Source: Dehalococcoidales bacterium
GTDB taxonomy: Bacteria > Chloroflexota > Dehalococcoidia > Dehalococcoidales > Fen-1064
DNA: 64,000 nt
Assembly (NCBI GenBank): GCA_030654965.1
Contig: JAURWL010000222.1
Location: 20,830-84,829 of the forward strand
Direction of reading: 5' to 3'
Shown: positions 25,561 through 35,468 of the stretch, in pieces
Position numbering within the stretch: the first letter of the stretch is position 1
Layout of the letters: the number at the start of each line of letters is the position of its first letter
Program-made: the position numbers and the translations under genes
The notes under the pieces: model-generated
Database searches by the model: none
The model's input: only the letters and a program-made list of their open reading frames with translations
What the model was told of the DNA's origin: nothing

Positions 25561-26829
25561 CTGATTTACTATATTGTTTTACTCGCAATCTGTCTTTTAC
25601 TATCGGCGTTCTTCTCCAGCGCAGAGACGGCTTTCATCTCATTACAGAAAACCAGACTTCAGCACGAAGTAAACACGAAAGTAAAAGGGGCGGAGCGGGT
25701 ACTGAAAATCATACGGCGACCGGACAAGTTTCTCTCCACCGTGTTATTGGGCAATAATCTGGTCAATACGGCTTTTACCGCTATGGCTACCTCACTCACT
25801 ATCATTCTCATTGGTGACCGAGAAGAAGCCATAGTGGTTGCTACCATTGGTGTTACCATCGTGCTTCTGATATTTGGAGAATCCATCCCCAAAACTATTG
25901 GTGCTCATCATGCCGAACGTCTCTCCAAATTCTATGCCCGTCTCATTGAATGGCTCTCCTGGATATTGACCCCATTCGTTTGGACGCTTAGCTGGATTGC
26001 GTCAGCATTCGCCAGGATAGCGGGTGGAAAACTAATTCCACGCTCTCTTGCCACAGAAGAAGAAATACGGACAATGATAACAGTGGGAGAAAGCGAAGGG
26101 GCGGTGGAGGAGGCGGAAGCCGAGATGCTCCACAATATTTTTGAGTTTACCGACCGGCTGGTGCGCGAAGTTATGGTGCCCCGGATGGATGTCGTTTTTG
26201 TTGAAGCAGGCTCCAAAATTTGTGATTTCTTGGCAATATTCGCGCAATCGCCACTATCTCGCTATCCTGTGTATAAAGGAAGACGCGATAATGTCATCGG
26301 TTTCCTGGCAATAAAGGATGTTCTCATGGCATTCTCGAAGGGAACCACCAATATGGTAGCTCCTATCGATGAATTTGTCAGACCTACCTATTTTGCACCG
26401 ACGACCAAGCATATTGGCGAACTTTTCCGGGAGATGCGTGATAAAAACTATCACCTGTGCGTGGTTGTTGATGAGTTCGGCGGGACCGCCGGTATTGTCA
26501 CTCTCAACCGTCTCGTCGAGGAGATTGTCGGTCCTGTGGGTGATGAACTCGCGCCTTCAGAGAAAGACTTCGAGGTCATTGATATCCATACCTTCGAAAT
26601 CGATGGTGGTATGCGCATCGAGGAAGTCAATGAGCAGATGTCGCTGGATTTACCGGAAGGTGACTATGAGACCGTCGCCGGTTTTATTTTGAGTCTCCTG
26701 GGACGTATTCCGAAAGAAAATGAGCATTTGCGTTATAGAGACCTGAAGCTGGTGATAAAAGAGATTAATGGCGTGAAAATTGAAAAAGTTCTCTTGACCA
26801 AGGAAGACCATGCAACGACTGCGCATTAG
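25561..26829 (+). CDS. CNNM/CorC-HlyC family transporter (DUF21 + CBS pair + CorC_HlyC)
   Basis: The frame is open from the stop at 25528. The N-terminal TM segment with SAFFSSAETAFISL (the DUF21 signature) lies upstream of the first canonical start, GTG 25741. AAGGAG at 25547-25552 sits 8 nt before CTG 25561. Confidence 0.8.
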   Translation: MIYYIVLLAICLLLSAFFSSAETAFISLQKTRLQHEVNTKVKGAERVLKIIRRPDKFLSTVLLGNNLVNTAFTAMATSLTIILIGDREEAIVVATIGVTIVLLIFGESIPKTIGAHHAERLSKFYARLIEWLSWILTPFVWTLSWIASAFARIAGGKLIPRSLATEEEIRTMITVGESEGAVEEAEAEMLHNIFEFTDRLVREVMVPRMDVVFVEAGSKICDFLAIFAQSPLSRYPVYKGRRDNVIGFLAIKDVLMAFSKGTTNMVAPIDEFVRPTYFAPTTKHIGELFREMRDKNYHLCVVVDEFGGTAGIVTLNRLVEEIVGPVGDELAPSEKDFEVIDIHTFEIDGGMRIEEVNEQMSLDLPEGDYETVAGFILSLLGRIPKENEHLRYRDLKLVIKEINGVKIEKVLLTKEDHATTAH

Positions 26830-27460
26830 ATTCCGCCGCGGTTCAGAACTGAAATTCATTTCCCACCTGGATGTGATGCGACTCTGGGTACGCGCCCTCC
26901 GGCGTGCCCGGATTCCTCTGGTCTATTCGGAAGGGTTTAGCCCCCACCCCAGGATTTCGCTTGCCGCGCCCCTTTCCGTTGGCATGACCGGCGAGAGCGA
27001 ATTTATGGACATCACCGTCAATAGAGCCATATCTCCCCACTGGTTTATGAATGCGGTCAATCGTCAATTACCACACGGCATCGAAATATTGGAGGTGTAT
27101 CCTATTGCGCTCTCCGTCCCATCGCTCCAATCTCAGGTGCGATTTGCACATTTCCATGTCGAAGTCGCCACTGGTAAATCCGAAGAGGACATTAAAGCGG
27201 ATATCCGCCGTTTGCTCTCACTGGAGCATCTTCCCTGGCACCACGAAAGGGATACAGGCCGGCGTAATTATGACCTGCGTGCCCTCATCGATGATATTCG
27301 TGTAGAAGGATGTCAGAACGGCGTCTGTACTCTGGAGATGAAGCTCAGATGTGATGAAGTCGGCTCAGGACGGCCCGAGCAGGTGGTCTTTGCCCTTGGT
27401 TTCAATGAGTACCCGAAAGCTGTTCAGCGCACGAAACTGGTTCTCAGCGCCCAACGGTAG
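26810..27460 (+). CDS. DUF2344 / radical-SAM-linked protein (TIGR03936-like)
   Basis: RIRFRRGSELKFISHLDVMRLWVRALRRARIPLVYSEGFSPHPRISLAAPLSVG is present. Confidence 0.7.
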   Translation: MQRLRIRFRRGSELKFISHLDVMRLWVRALRRARIPLVYSEGFSPHPRISLAAPLSVGMTGESEFMDITVNRAISPHWFMNAVNRQLPHGIEILEVYPIALSVPSLQSQVRFAHFHVEVATGKSEEDIKADIRRLLSLEHLPWHHERDTGRRNYDLRALIDDIRVEGCQNGVCTLEMKLRCDEVGSGRPEQVVFALGFNEYPKAVQRTKLVLSAQR

Positions 27461-27490
27461 ACAGGTAGCTGTCTCTGAAATGGACTAACA

Positions 27491-28921
27491 ATGGCACGCT
27501 TTCAGCAAAAGCCAACTTTAGAACAAAGGGTTAGCAGTTTTTTAAGGGAGCACCACCTGACCGCCTCCCGAAAGCCTCTGCTGGTGGCGGTGTCCGGCGG
27601 TCCCGACTCCGTTTGTATGCTACACGTCCTGAATGCACTGAAGAAGGATTCGGGGCTCAAACTCCATGTGGCACACCTTGACCACCAGCTCCGTGGTAAT
27701 GAGTCCATGGCGGACGCTCAGTACGTTCTGGACCTGTGTCACGAACTTGGGATTCCTGTCACCATCGAACAGCGTAATGTCCGCACGTATCAGAAAGAGC
27801 ACAAACTTTCTATTGAAGAAGCCGCCCGCGAGGTGCGCTATGGCTTTTTCGCGGAGGTTGCGGAGTCCATCGGGGCGGAGCGGGTAGCAGTCGGGCATAC
27901 CCTGGACGACCAGGTAGAGACCGTGCTTCTCAACCTGCTCAGGGGCACAGGGACGCGGGGTTTGCGGGGTCTGCAATCAGTCCGCCACTGGCAGTCATCA
28001 GGCAGGCGATTGACCATCGTACGGCCATTACTGGCAGTGAGCCATAAAGAGACCGCCGCCTACTGTCGCCGTCATCATCTCCAGCCGCGAATTGACGTTA
28101 CCAATCGCTCTCTGGCACTTACCAGAAACCGCATTCGCTTGAAGCTCCTGCCGCTCTTAAAGAGCTACAATCCGGACATCATTGAGGCGCTGTTACGCAC
28201 GGCGCGTATTGCCAGTGATGACATCGCTTTTCTGGAAAAAACCGCCGACCGGTACTGGCGGAAAATTGCCAGCAAACAAGGTGAGGTAATTGTTTTTAGA
28301 AAGTCGGCGCTATTAGAACTTCCATCGGGTCTCCAGCGTTTAGTGCTTCGACGGGCAATTGAAGATATTCTTGGAACGCTGAAAGACATCGAGGCACGGC
28401 ACATCGAGGATATGCTGACGCTTCTTGCTAAACCCGCCGGCAAACGAATCAATCTCCCCTATGGTCTCTTCTTTGCTACGGAGTATGACCGATTCCTGCT
28501 GGGACATCAACTTGACGAATTTTCTCCCCTTCCTCTTTTGGACAGCGAGCATCCCCTGACCATTCCCGGCACCACACATATTTCAGGATGGCGTATTCAC
28601 ACAGACGTCATTGAGAAAATGGAGTCGGCTTTCGGGGACGACCTCACCGCCTATTTAAATTACGACCGGGTGAGAGGGAAGCTTGTGGTGCGCCCCCGCT
28701 GCCCGGGCGACCGCTTCCAGCCTTTGGGAATGGATGAAGAAAAAAAGGTGGGGCGGTTTATGATTGACGCCCGCGTACCCCGACTCTGGCGCACACGAGT
28801 ACCAATCGTCTGTGATGATGAAAAACTGCTATGGGTGGTGGGGTACAGAATTGACGAACGCGTGAAGGTGACGGAGAATACAAAGAGAGTGCTGAGAATT
28901 AAATTTGAACAGACTAACTAA
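27491..28921 (+). CDS. tilS: tRNA(Ile)-lysidine synthase
   Basis: The PP-loop is LLVAVSGGPDS. The protein is 476 aa with a TilS C-terminal domain. Confidence 0.9.
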   Translation: MARFQQKPTLEQRVSSFLREHHLTASRKPLLVAVSGGPDSVCMLHVLNALKKDSGLKLHVAHLDHQLRGNESMADAQYVLDLCHELGIPVTIEQRNVRTYQKEHKLSIEEAAREVRYGFFAEVAESIGAERVAVGHTLDDQVETVLLNLLRGTGTRGLRGLQSVRHWQSSGRRLTIVRPLLAVSHKETAAYCRRHHLQPRIDVTNRSLALTRNRIRLKLLPLLKSYNPDIIEALLRTARIASDDIAFLEKTADRYWRKIASKQGEVIVFRKSALLELPSGLQRLVLRRAIEDILGTLKDIEARHIEDMLTLLAKPAGKRINLPYGLFFATEYDRFLLGHQLDEFSPLPLLDSEHPLTIPGTTHISGWRIHTDVIEKMESAFGDDLTAYLNYDRVRGKLVVRPRCPGDRFQPLGMDEEKKVGRFMIDARVPRLWRTRVPIVCDDEKLLWVVGYRIDERVKVTENTKRVLRIKFEQTN

Positions 28922-28983
28922 CAGAATCTCAGAAGAAACCACTAACTTGGAATTTTGTCTTTGGGATTTGTTTCGATATGCGA

Positions 28984-29001
28984 TTCCCTTCTACAAGGGA
29001 A
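28984..29001. repeat. Short perfect hairpin ttccctt-ctac-aagggaa
   Basis: Same class as the ttcccg..cgggaa hairpins elsewhere in the window. Confidence 0.5.
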
Positions 29002-29127
29002 CAAGGATTAGGTATTCATACTTGGGTGGTGGGGTGCAGTGCGGGGAAAGTTGCTTTGATTTGGCAAGTGATGGTAAGATTTACTAAACTAGGTTCTTAG
29101 TGAATGCATTAGTGGAGGATGTTCTGA

Positions 29128-29823
29128 ATGACCGATATGATAATTGAGAAAGCGCGCAAAGAGGGCAGGACCATGCTCACTGAAATAGAAGCCAAACAGC
29201 TTCTGGAGAGTGCCGGTATCAGTGTTGTCGACACACGACTGGCGACTTCTAAAGAGCAAGCGGTCGCTATTGCCAAAGAGATTGGCTTACCGGTGGTAAT
29301 GAAAATTGCCTCGGCGGATGTAGTACATAAGAGCGATGCCGGTGGTGTGAAGCTCGGTCTGAAGACGGCGGCACAGGTCGGCAAAGCCTACGATGACATA
29401 ATGAAGTCCATTAAAGCCGCCTTCCCCAATGCTAAAATTGAAGGCGTCTCCGTACAGACAATGGCACGCCCCGGTGTTGAAGTCATTATCGGTATGTCCA
29501 AGGATGCCCAGTTCGGGCCCGTATTGATGTTCGGTCTTGGCGGCGTTCTCGTCGAGATACTGAAAGACGTCGCTTTCCGCATCGTCCCATTGGTCAAGCG
29601 GGATGCTAAAGAGATGATTCGCGAAATCAAGGGCTTCCCCCTGCTCCAGGGCTACCGTGGTTCGGAACCGGTGGATGTTGATAATCTGGAGAGCATGTTG
29701 CTCAAGGTGTCCGAATTCGTTGATAAAACACCGGCGATTAAAGAGCTTGACCTGAATCCCATCTTTGCCTATAAGGACGGCGCTGTCGCGGTGGATGCCC
29801 GCGTTATCCTCGAAAACGCCTAG
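29128..29823 (+). CDS. ADP-forming acetyl-CoA synthetase beta-type ATP-grasp domain protein
   Basis: LTEIEAKQLLESAGI..PVVMKIASADVVHKSDAGGVKLGL.. and LDLNPI are present. No alpha or CoA-binding subunit is adjacent. Confidence 0.75.
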   Translation: MTDMIIEKARKEGRTMLTEIEAKQLLESAGISVVDTRLATSKEQAVAIAKEIGLPVVMKIASADVVHKSDAGGVKLGLKTAAQVGKAYDDIMKSIKAAFPNAKIEGVSVQTMARPGVEVIIGMSKDAQFGPVLMFGLGGVLVEILKDVAFRIVPLVKRDAKEMIREIKGFPLLQGYRGSEPVDVDNLESMLLKVSEFVDKTPAIKELDLNPIFAYKDGAVAVDARVILENA

Positions 29824-29846
29824 TCTGGCGTGGTGGAAAGGCAAAG

Positions 29847-30404
29847 ATGAAAATTCTGGGTATCTCCTGTAGCCCCCGCAAGGGCGGCAACACAGAAACA
29901 CTGCTTCGCACGGCGCTTGACGCGGCGCAGGCAAACGGCGCTGAAGTCGAGTTCTTTGGTATCTCCGGCAAGACCATCCACCCGTGTGATGGCTGTTTAG
30001 CCTGCCGTACCAAGGGTGAATGCCACATCAAAGACGATATGCAGGAGCTCACTAAAAAGATGTGGCAGGCGGATGGTATTATCATCGGCACGCCTGTCTA
30101 TTTCTGGAATGTCACCGCCCAGGCAAAAGCAGTAATCGACCGTACTTACTCTTTTGTATTTTCACCCCAGCGCCCGCTACGGAACAAAGCCGCCGGCGCG
30201 GTCGTTGCCCTCGGCAGAAGTGGAAGCTCCGAAGCAATTGCCACGCTTAATAGCTTCTTCACCGGTCACCGGATGATTATTGTGGGGAATGCTATAGGAT
30301 TTGGTGGGGAAAAAGGCACGGTGAAAGAGGATGAGCGGGGAATGACAAGCGCTGCTGGGCTCGGACGGTCTATGGTCAGGTATCTGCAAACCGGGAAATT
30401 GTAG
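29847..30404 (+). CDS. Iron-sulfur flavoprotein / NADPH-dependent FMN reductase family
   Basis: MKILGISCSPRKGGNTE is present, along with the compact Cys motif CDGCLACRTKGEC. Confidence 0.8.
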   Translation: MKILGISCSPRKGGNTETLLRTALDAAQANGAEVEFFGISGKTIHPCDGCLACRTKGECHIKDDMQELTKKMWQADGIIIGTPVYFWNVTAQAKAVIDRTYSFVFSPQRPLRNKAAGAVVALGRSGSSEAIATLNSFFTGHRMIIVGNAIGFGGEKGTVKEDERGMTSAAGLGRSMVRYLQTGKL

Positions 30405-30605
30405 CCATCTGTCGCGTTAATAGACTACGAGGGGACTCTTACAACGAGTCCCCTTTTTCTTTTTGACAGCAACCTGAACGGAGGGGTAGAGTAGAGAACA
30501 GGCTCTCGCAAGGGGTGAATTATGAGCCTGGATTCCAGCTCCCGTATCAAAGTACGGGACAAGCTTCGCTGGAATGACACGCTTTGTAGTAAGGAGTGGA
30601 CAACC

Positions 30606-31646
30606 ATGGAGAAAATCAGACTGGGCAGAACGAACTTAATGGTCTCCCGCATTGGTTTCGGAGGTATCCCGATTCAGCGTCTTACCGAAGATGAAGCAGT
30701 CGCCGTCGTTAAGAAGTGTCTGGATTTAGGTATTACCTACCTCGATACCGCTAATGCCTACACTACCAGCGAAAGACGTATTGGCAAAGCAATCGCCGGG
30801 CGGCGGCAGGAATTGATTATCGCCACCAAATCCGGGGCGCGCACAAAAGAAGGTGTCGAACAGCACCTCGCTAACAGTCTGAAACAACTGGGCACGGATT
30901 ACATCGACCTCTATCAATTCCATGGTGTTAACGACACAAAGAACCTGGAGATGGTGCTCAATCCCAACGGTCCGATTGCGGTAGTGCAGAAAGCAATGAA
31001 GGATGGCATCGTCAAGCACGTCGGCGTTACTTCTCACTCGATGGATGCAGCAAAGGAGGCGGTGAAGACCGACCGTTTTGAAACAATAATGTTCCCCTTC
31101 AATTTCGTCACCAGTGAGCCTGCCACCGACCTCTTGCCATTATGCAGAGAGCGTGATGTCGCCTTGATTGCTATGAAGCCACTCGCCGGCGGCATGCTGG
31201 ACAATGTGCCGGTGGCTTTTAAATATCTGCTCCAGTTCCCGGATGTCGTTCCTCTCGTTGGTATTGAGAAAACTTGGGAAATCGAGGAAATCGTTGGCTT
31301 GCTGGATAAGCCGTGGAAACCGACCAAACGGGAACAAAGTCAGATGCAGAAAATGAGAGATGAACTGGGCAGCAAATTCTGCCGTCGGTGTGATTATTGT
31401 CAGCCCTGCACGGCAAATATCGTCATTTCCACCGTGATGAATATGCCCAGTTTCGCTAAACGCATGCCTCCGGAGCGCATTTTCTCCGGCATGCTGGCGG
31501 ACGCAATGCAAAAAGCCTATGATTGCACCGACTGCGGCGATTGCGAGGAGAGGTGCCCCTTCAAACTGCCCATCCGTGGAATTATCAAGGAACGGCTAGA
31601 CTGGTTCAGCAAGGCGAAGGCGGAATATCTGAGTAAGAAAGCGTGA
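30606..31646 (+). CDS. Aldo/keto reductase with C-terminal Fe-S Cys motifs
   Basis: Start at MEKIRLGRTNLMVSRIGFGG, with AAGGAG upstream. The C-terminus carries CRRCDYCQPC and CTDCGDCEERCP. Confidence 0.8.
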   Translation: MEKIRLGRTNLMVSRIGFGGIPIQRLTEDEAVAVVKKCLDLGITYLDTANAYTTSERRIGKAIAGRRQELIIATKSGARTKEGVEQHLANSLKQLGTDYIDLYQFHGVNDTKNLEMVLNPNGPIAVVQKAMKDGIVKHVGVTSHSMDAAKEAVKTDRFETIMFPFNFVTSEPATDLLPLCRERDVALIAMKPLAGGMLDNVPVAFKYLLQFPDVVPLVGIEKTWEIEEIVGLLDKPWKPTKREQSQMQKMRDELGSKFCRRCDYCQPCTANIVISTVMNMPSFAKRMPPERIFSGMLADAMQKAYDCTDCGDCEERCPFKLPIRGIIKERLDWFSKAKAEYLSKKA

Positions 31647-31684
31647 TTTTTGCTATGCTATACTATTAGCAGAGTAAAGAAAAC

Positions 31685-32376
31685 ATGCCTAAAAAAGACT
31701 ATTACACAATCCTCGGGGTGCCTCGCGGCGCTTCCGATGACGATATCAAGAAAGCCTACCGGAAGCTCGCCATGCAATTCCATCCCGACCGCAATCCCGG
31801 CAAAGAAAAGTGGGCGAACGAGAAATTCAAGGGAATCAACGAAGCCTATGGCGTGCTTGGCAACCCGGATAAGCGCAAGCAGTACGACCAGTTCGGCACG
31901 ACGGGTGACGCCGGCGATATCTTCGGCAGTCAAACCACCAGCGCCACTTTTGAAGACCTGATGAGGGAGTTCGGAGGGCAGGGCTTCGCTATGACTTCTT
32001 GGATAATATCTTCGGGGATTTTCTGAAGGGCAGGGGTTTTTCCTTCCGTCAGTACGGTCGTGACGGCGGCGCATCACGCATTATCTTCAATGTTCCTGAG
32101 GACGAAAATATTCAGAATTATTACACGCAGGGACAACGCGCCCGTGCCCGGACACGCCCCCAGTCTTCTGCCGTTAACTATGAAATCACTATCACCGGAG
32201 AACAGGCGGAGAAAGGGATGGAGAAAGACCTCGTGCGGAAAGGTAAGCGACTCAGGGTAAAAATTCCCGCCGGTATCAAATCCGGCGCAAGAATCCGTTT
32301 GCGGAATGCCCGCCTGACGACGGACGGCTTACCCGGTGATATCTATATTAAAATTCTGGTAAAGAATCACGCCTGA
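31685..32376 (+). pseudogene. J-domain (DnaJ/CbpA-like) protein interrupted by a 1-nt frameshift
   Basis: Frame A (31685-32026) holds the J domain [14 protein letters not shown] and a G/F-like region. Frame B (open from 31954 to 32376) continues [13 protein letters not shown] and a DnaJ C-terminal-like beta domain. The two frames overlap at 31954-32026. Confidence 0.7.
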
Positions 32377-32380
32377 TACC

Positions 32381-32965
32381 ATGTTGAACACAATGGCTAG
32401 CGACTTGCGGTATACCGTCTTTAACACCAGCCAGGGATGGATGGGTTGTTTGAGTTCCACGGTGGGTCTGTTAAGAACTACCCTTCCCCAGCCTTCCCCC
32501 CAGCGTGCCATTGAAATGCTGGATGGAACGGCGGAGCAAGCAATATGGTCGCCTGATTCCTTCGTAGATACTATTCCCTTACTTACAATGTACTTCAACG
32601 GCAAACAACCGGAATTTCTCTGTGCGCTTGATTTCGGGCAGGCAACACCTTTCCAACGCAACGTCTGGGAAGCAACCCGGTTAATTCCCTACGGAGAAAC
32701 ACGGAGCTATGGCTGGGTCGCAAACCGGATTGGAAAGCCCGCGGCTGTCCGCGCCGTAGGTCAAGCCCTTGGTAAGAATCCATTGCCTATCATCGTGCCC
32801 TGCCACCGTGTCATTGCCAGCGATGGTAGCCTCTGCGGTTTTAGTGGCGGATTGGAGATGAAACGAAATCTCCTGCGGCTGGAGGGGTCAACACCGGGCT
32901 ATCAGGACACGACGGGATTTCGAGTCAAAGCCGGCGCTCACAGTACCGTGAAGAACAGCCAGTAG
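32381..32965 (+). CDS. ogt: Methylated-DNA--protein-cysteine methyltransferase
   Basis: IPYGETRSYGWVA..AVRAVGQALGKNPLPIIVPCHRV contains the PCHR active site. Confidence 0.9.
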   Translation: MLNTMASDLRYTVFNTSQGWMGCLSSTVGLLRTTLPQPSPQRAIEMLDGTAEQAIWSPDSFVDTIPLLTMYFNGKQPEFLCALDFGQATPFQRNVWEATRLIPYGETRSYGWVANRIGKPAAVRAVGQALGKNPLPIIVPCHRVIASDGSLCGFSGGLEMKRNLLRLEGSTPGYQDTTGFRVKAGAHSTVKNSQ

Positions 32966-34176
32966 ACCAATATATTAACTGCCGTCAGCGGGATACCAAT
33001 CTTCACAAATTCTAGGAAGGTTAGTGTTTGCCCTGATTTCTGCTCGGCATTCTGGATAATGATGACATTGCTCGCTGCGCCGAGGATAGAGAGATTGCCG
33101 GCAATGGTACTGCCCGCCGCCAGCGCCATCAATTCCTCGGTTGAAACGCCTATCTGCATTAACATCGGCAGGTAGAGCGCCACCAGCGGCACATTCGAAA
33201 TGAACTGACTGAGGAGAACGCTGACCGCCATAACCATACCTGTTGAGGTCAGGTTGAGATTCGTGCCGTTAATGAGCGACTGAAACACGCCGGAATCCCA
33301 GACACTTGCCATCAGAATAAACATCGCCGCAAAGAAGATGAGGGTAAACCAGTCGATTTTTCGAAGAATGTTGAATCGCTTCGGGCTGAAAGCAACGAGC
33401 GGGAAGGCGGCGGCAAGCGCGATGTACGTAAGGCGGAAATCAATTTCGACCCCCAGAAAAACGAGTGCGATTTTCACTGCTACCAGCGCCACCAGGAAAA
33501 TCAGAGAAATACGGGAAAGATTCGCTAATTTCGGGTCTCTAATCGGCTCCGGTTCGTGGTTCACCGTCTGGTGGTTAAAATGCCGGCGGTAGAAAAGTCG
33601 CAGGAAAAGATAGGCAAGGAAGAGATTTATCACGGTCGGCAGGAGTAAATAACGGAAGAAGGTAACGAAAGGATTTTTCACCCCGCCGTTGATAGCGATG
33701 AGCAGGTTTTGCGGGTTGCCGATAGGACTCATCACACTGCCGATGGTGATGGCAAAAGCGAGTGCGAGCATTAGAATTTTTGGGGTGGTATTGGCTTTCT
33801 TCGCAAGCAGAAGCACTACGGGAGTGCCGATAATTGCCAGGGTATCATTCATCAGGAATGCGGACATCAATCCCATGACGAAGAGGATAGTGAGGACGAG
33901 TGTGTCGAGAGAATGAGCTTTACGGAAGACGCGGTAAGACAGGTAAGAGAGGTAACCGCTTGATTCCAGCGCTTCCCCGACCACGAACATGCCAAAGAGG
34001 AAAAGCATCACATCCGGGTTGATGGCTTTCAGAGCTTCGAGCGGGGATATTTGTCCAGTTACCAATACGGCAATAGCGCCCAGGGACATGATTTGCCATA
34101 TCTGGAATTTGAGATTACCGACCCGCCTGACCGCAATCAGGAGGAAGACGATACTGAGAACAACTATCGAAACCAT
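32938..34176 (-). CDS. ArsB/NhaD-superfamily anion permease
   Basis: 412 aa and polytopic, with an internally duplicated permease architecture. Motifs are MNDTLAIIGTPV and GNPQNLLI. Confidence 0.7.
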   Translation of the reverse strand: MVSIVVLSIVFLLIAVRRVGNLKFQIWQIMSLGAIAVLVTGQISPLEALKAINPDVMLFLFGMFVVGEALESSGYLSYLSYRVFRKAHSLDTLVLTILFVMGLMSAFLMNDTLAIIGTPVVLLLAKKANTTPKILMLALAFAITIGSVMSPIGNPQNLLIAINGGVKNPFVTFFRYLLLPTVINLFLAYLFLRLFYRRHFNHQTVNHEPEPIRDPKLANLSRISLIFLVALVAVKIALVFLGVEIDFRLTYIALAAAFPLVAFSPKRFNILRKIDWFTLIFFAAMFILMASVWDSGVFQSLINGTNLNLTSTGMVMAVSVLLSQFISNVPLVALYLPMLMQIGVSTEELMALAAGSTIAGNLSILGAASNVIIIQNAEQKSGQTLTFLEFVKIGIPLTAVNILVYWLFFTVL

Positions 34177-34286
34177 AACGGATTATTAACCAACGAGCGC
34201 CAGTAAACAACAAAGGCTAAATATTATTATCGCACATCTATTACACATCCGGGTGTTTATCTGTGAGGTATCCACGGAATGTCCGG

Positions 34287-35012
34287 TTAAATGCCCTTCA
34301 TCTTCAAACCCAGAAAACCGAGTTCGTACTGGACAATCATACCCTCACCGGCAAAGCTGTAATACTTATCATTCCCGATTATGATGTGGTCGAGCACTTT
34401 GATTCCCAGGACACTGCCGGCAAAGACCAGGTCGCGGGTCAATTCATTGTCGCTTTTACTCGGGGCGCAATTGCCGGAAGGATGATTGTGGACGAAGATG
34501 AGAGATGCCGCATGTTTCTCCAGCGCGCTCTCCATTGTCTGCCGTGGTGAAATAGCGGTACCAGCCACCGTCCCTTCAAACAAATCGATGGTATCTATAA
34601 TCTGATTGCGGCTGGTCAGGTAAATAACCTTGAAGACCTCTTTCTTGAGGTCACGCATGGAGTGATAGAGGTAATCGAAGATTTCCTGGGCGGATTGATA
34701 GACGTGCTTATCCAGGATTTTTTCTTTGAGGAATTCACGGGCAACCGCCTGCATCAGCAGGATACCGAAGACCGAGTGCGGTCCGATACCTGTTATCTGC
34801 TGAAGCTCCTCTGGGGATGCGGAAAGCACGCCGCGGAGGGTTTTGAACCGCTTCAGAGCTTCTTTTGCCTGAGCCTTGACATCCTTGCGGGGTGTCCCCA
34901 GACTCAAAAGTAATTCCACAATCTCGTAATCGGCAAAGCCCGTCAAGCTTCCCTTGAGAAATCGCTCTCTGAGGCGTTTCCGGTGTCCGGCTGATTGCTC
35001 CACGGAATTCAT
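34287..35012 (-). CDS. radC: RadC-family JAB-domain protein
   Basis: GHRKRLRERF, an HhH region and the JAMM motif FVHNHPSG are present. Confidence 0.9.
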   Translation of the reverse strand: MNSVEQSAGHRKRLRERFLKGSLTGFADYEIVELLLSLGTPRKDVKAQAKEALKRFKTLRGVLSASPEELQQITGIGPHSVFGILLMQAVAREFLKEKILDKHVYQSAQEIFDYLYHSMRDLKKEVFKVIYLTSRNQIIDTIDLFEGTVAGTAISPRQTMESALEKHAASLIFVHNHPSGNCAPSKSDNELTRDLVFAGSVLGIKVLDHIIIGNDKYYSFAGEGMIVQYELGFLGLKMKGI

Positions 35013-35026
35013 ACAAATCCTTCTGA

Positions 35027-35446
35027 TTACGTGCTCGATTTCTTCTTTTTGGGCTTTTGTTTATCCTCTACCATCCACCAATCGCCTCGCCAGTAGTTCT
35101 TCTCATCATAGCCTTTTGGAATCAGTTCTGTTTTAACTTCATCCCAGTGAGGCAGAAGGCGGTTCCTCATGATAGGGGTTAAAATAAACGGGAGTACTAA
35201 CCAGAAACTCACCACTGCCACTCCGGCAAGGATAATGCCAATCGGGTCCACTCTTACGAGAAGGAAAACGCCGCCCGCAATAAGCAGTAAAATCCAGAGC
35301 GTCTCTAACACCCACCGAAACCGCGATTTCAGAATGTCCGGCTTTACATCAGGCCGTGCCATCCTGCCAAAAGCGCAATAAGTCTCGAGAGCTGATGCGC
35401 CAAGTACCAATAAAAATCCCAGAAATATTAACCACGTCGCATCCAT
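35027..35446 (-). CDS. Hypothetical membrane protein (3 TM, Lys-rich tail)
   Basis: 139-aa ORF with hydrophobic segments. No family was recognised. Confidence 0.5.
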   Translation of the reverse strand: MDATWLIFLGFLLVLGASALETYCAFGRMARPDVKPDILKSRFRWVLETLWILLLIAGGVFLLVRVDPIGIILAGVAVVSFWLVLPFILTPIMRNRLLPHWDEVKTELIPKGYDEKNYWRGDWWMVEDKQKPKKKKSST

Positions 35447-35468
35447 AGCACCGCTCCTTTAATCCTGG

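Noticed and set aside
32938-32965. A 28-nt convergent overlap between the 3-prime ends of ogt and the anion permease gene.
   Set aside because: It is most simply explained by non-conserved C-terminal tails. There is no evidence of regulatory significance.
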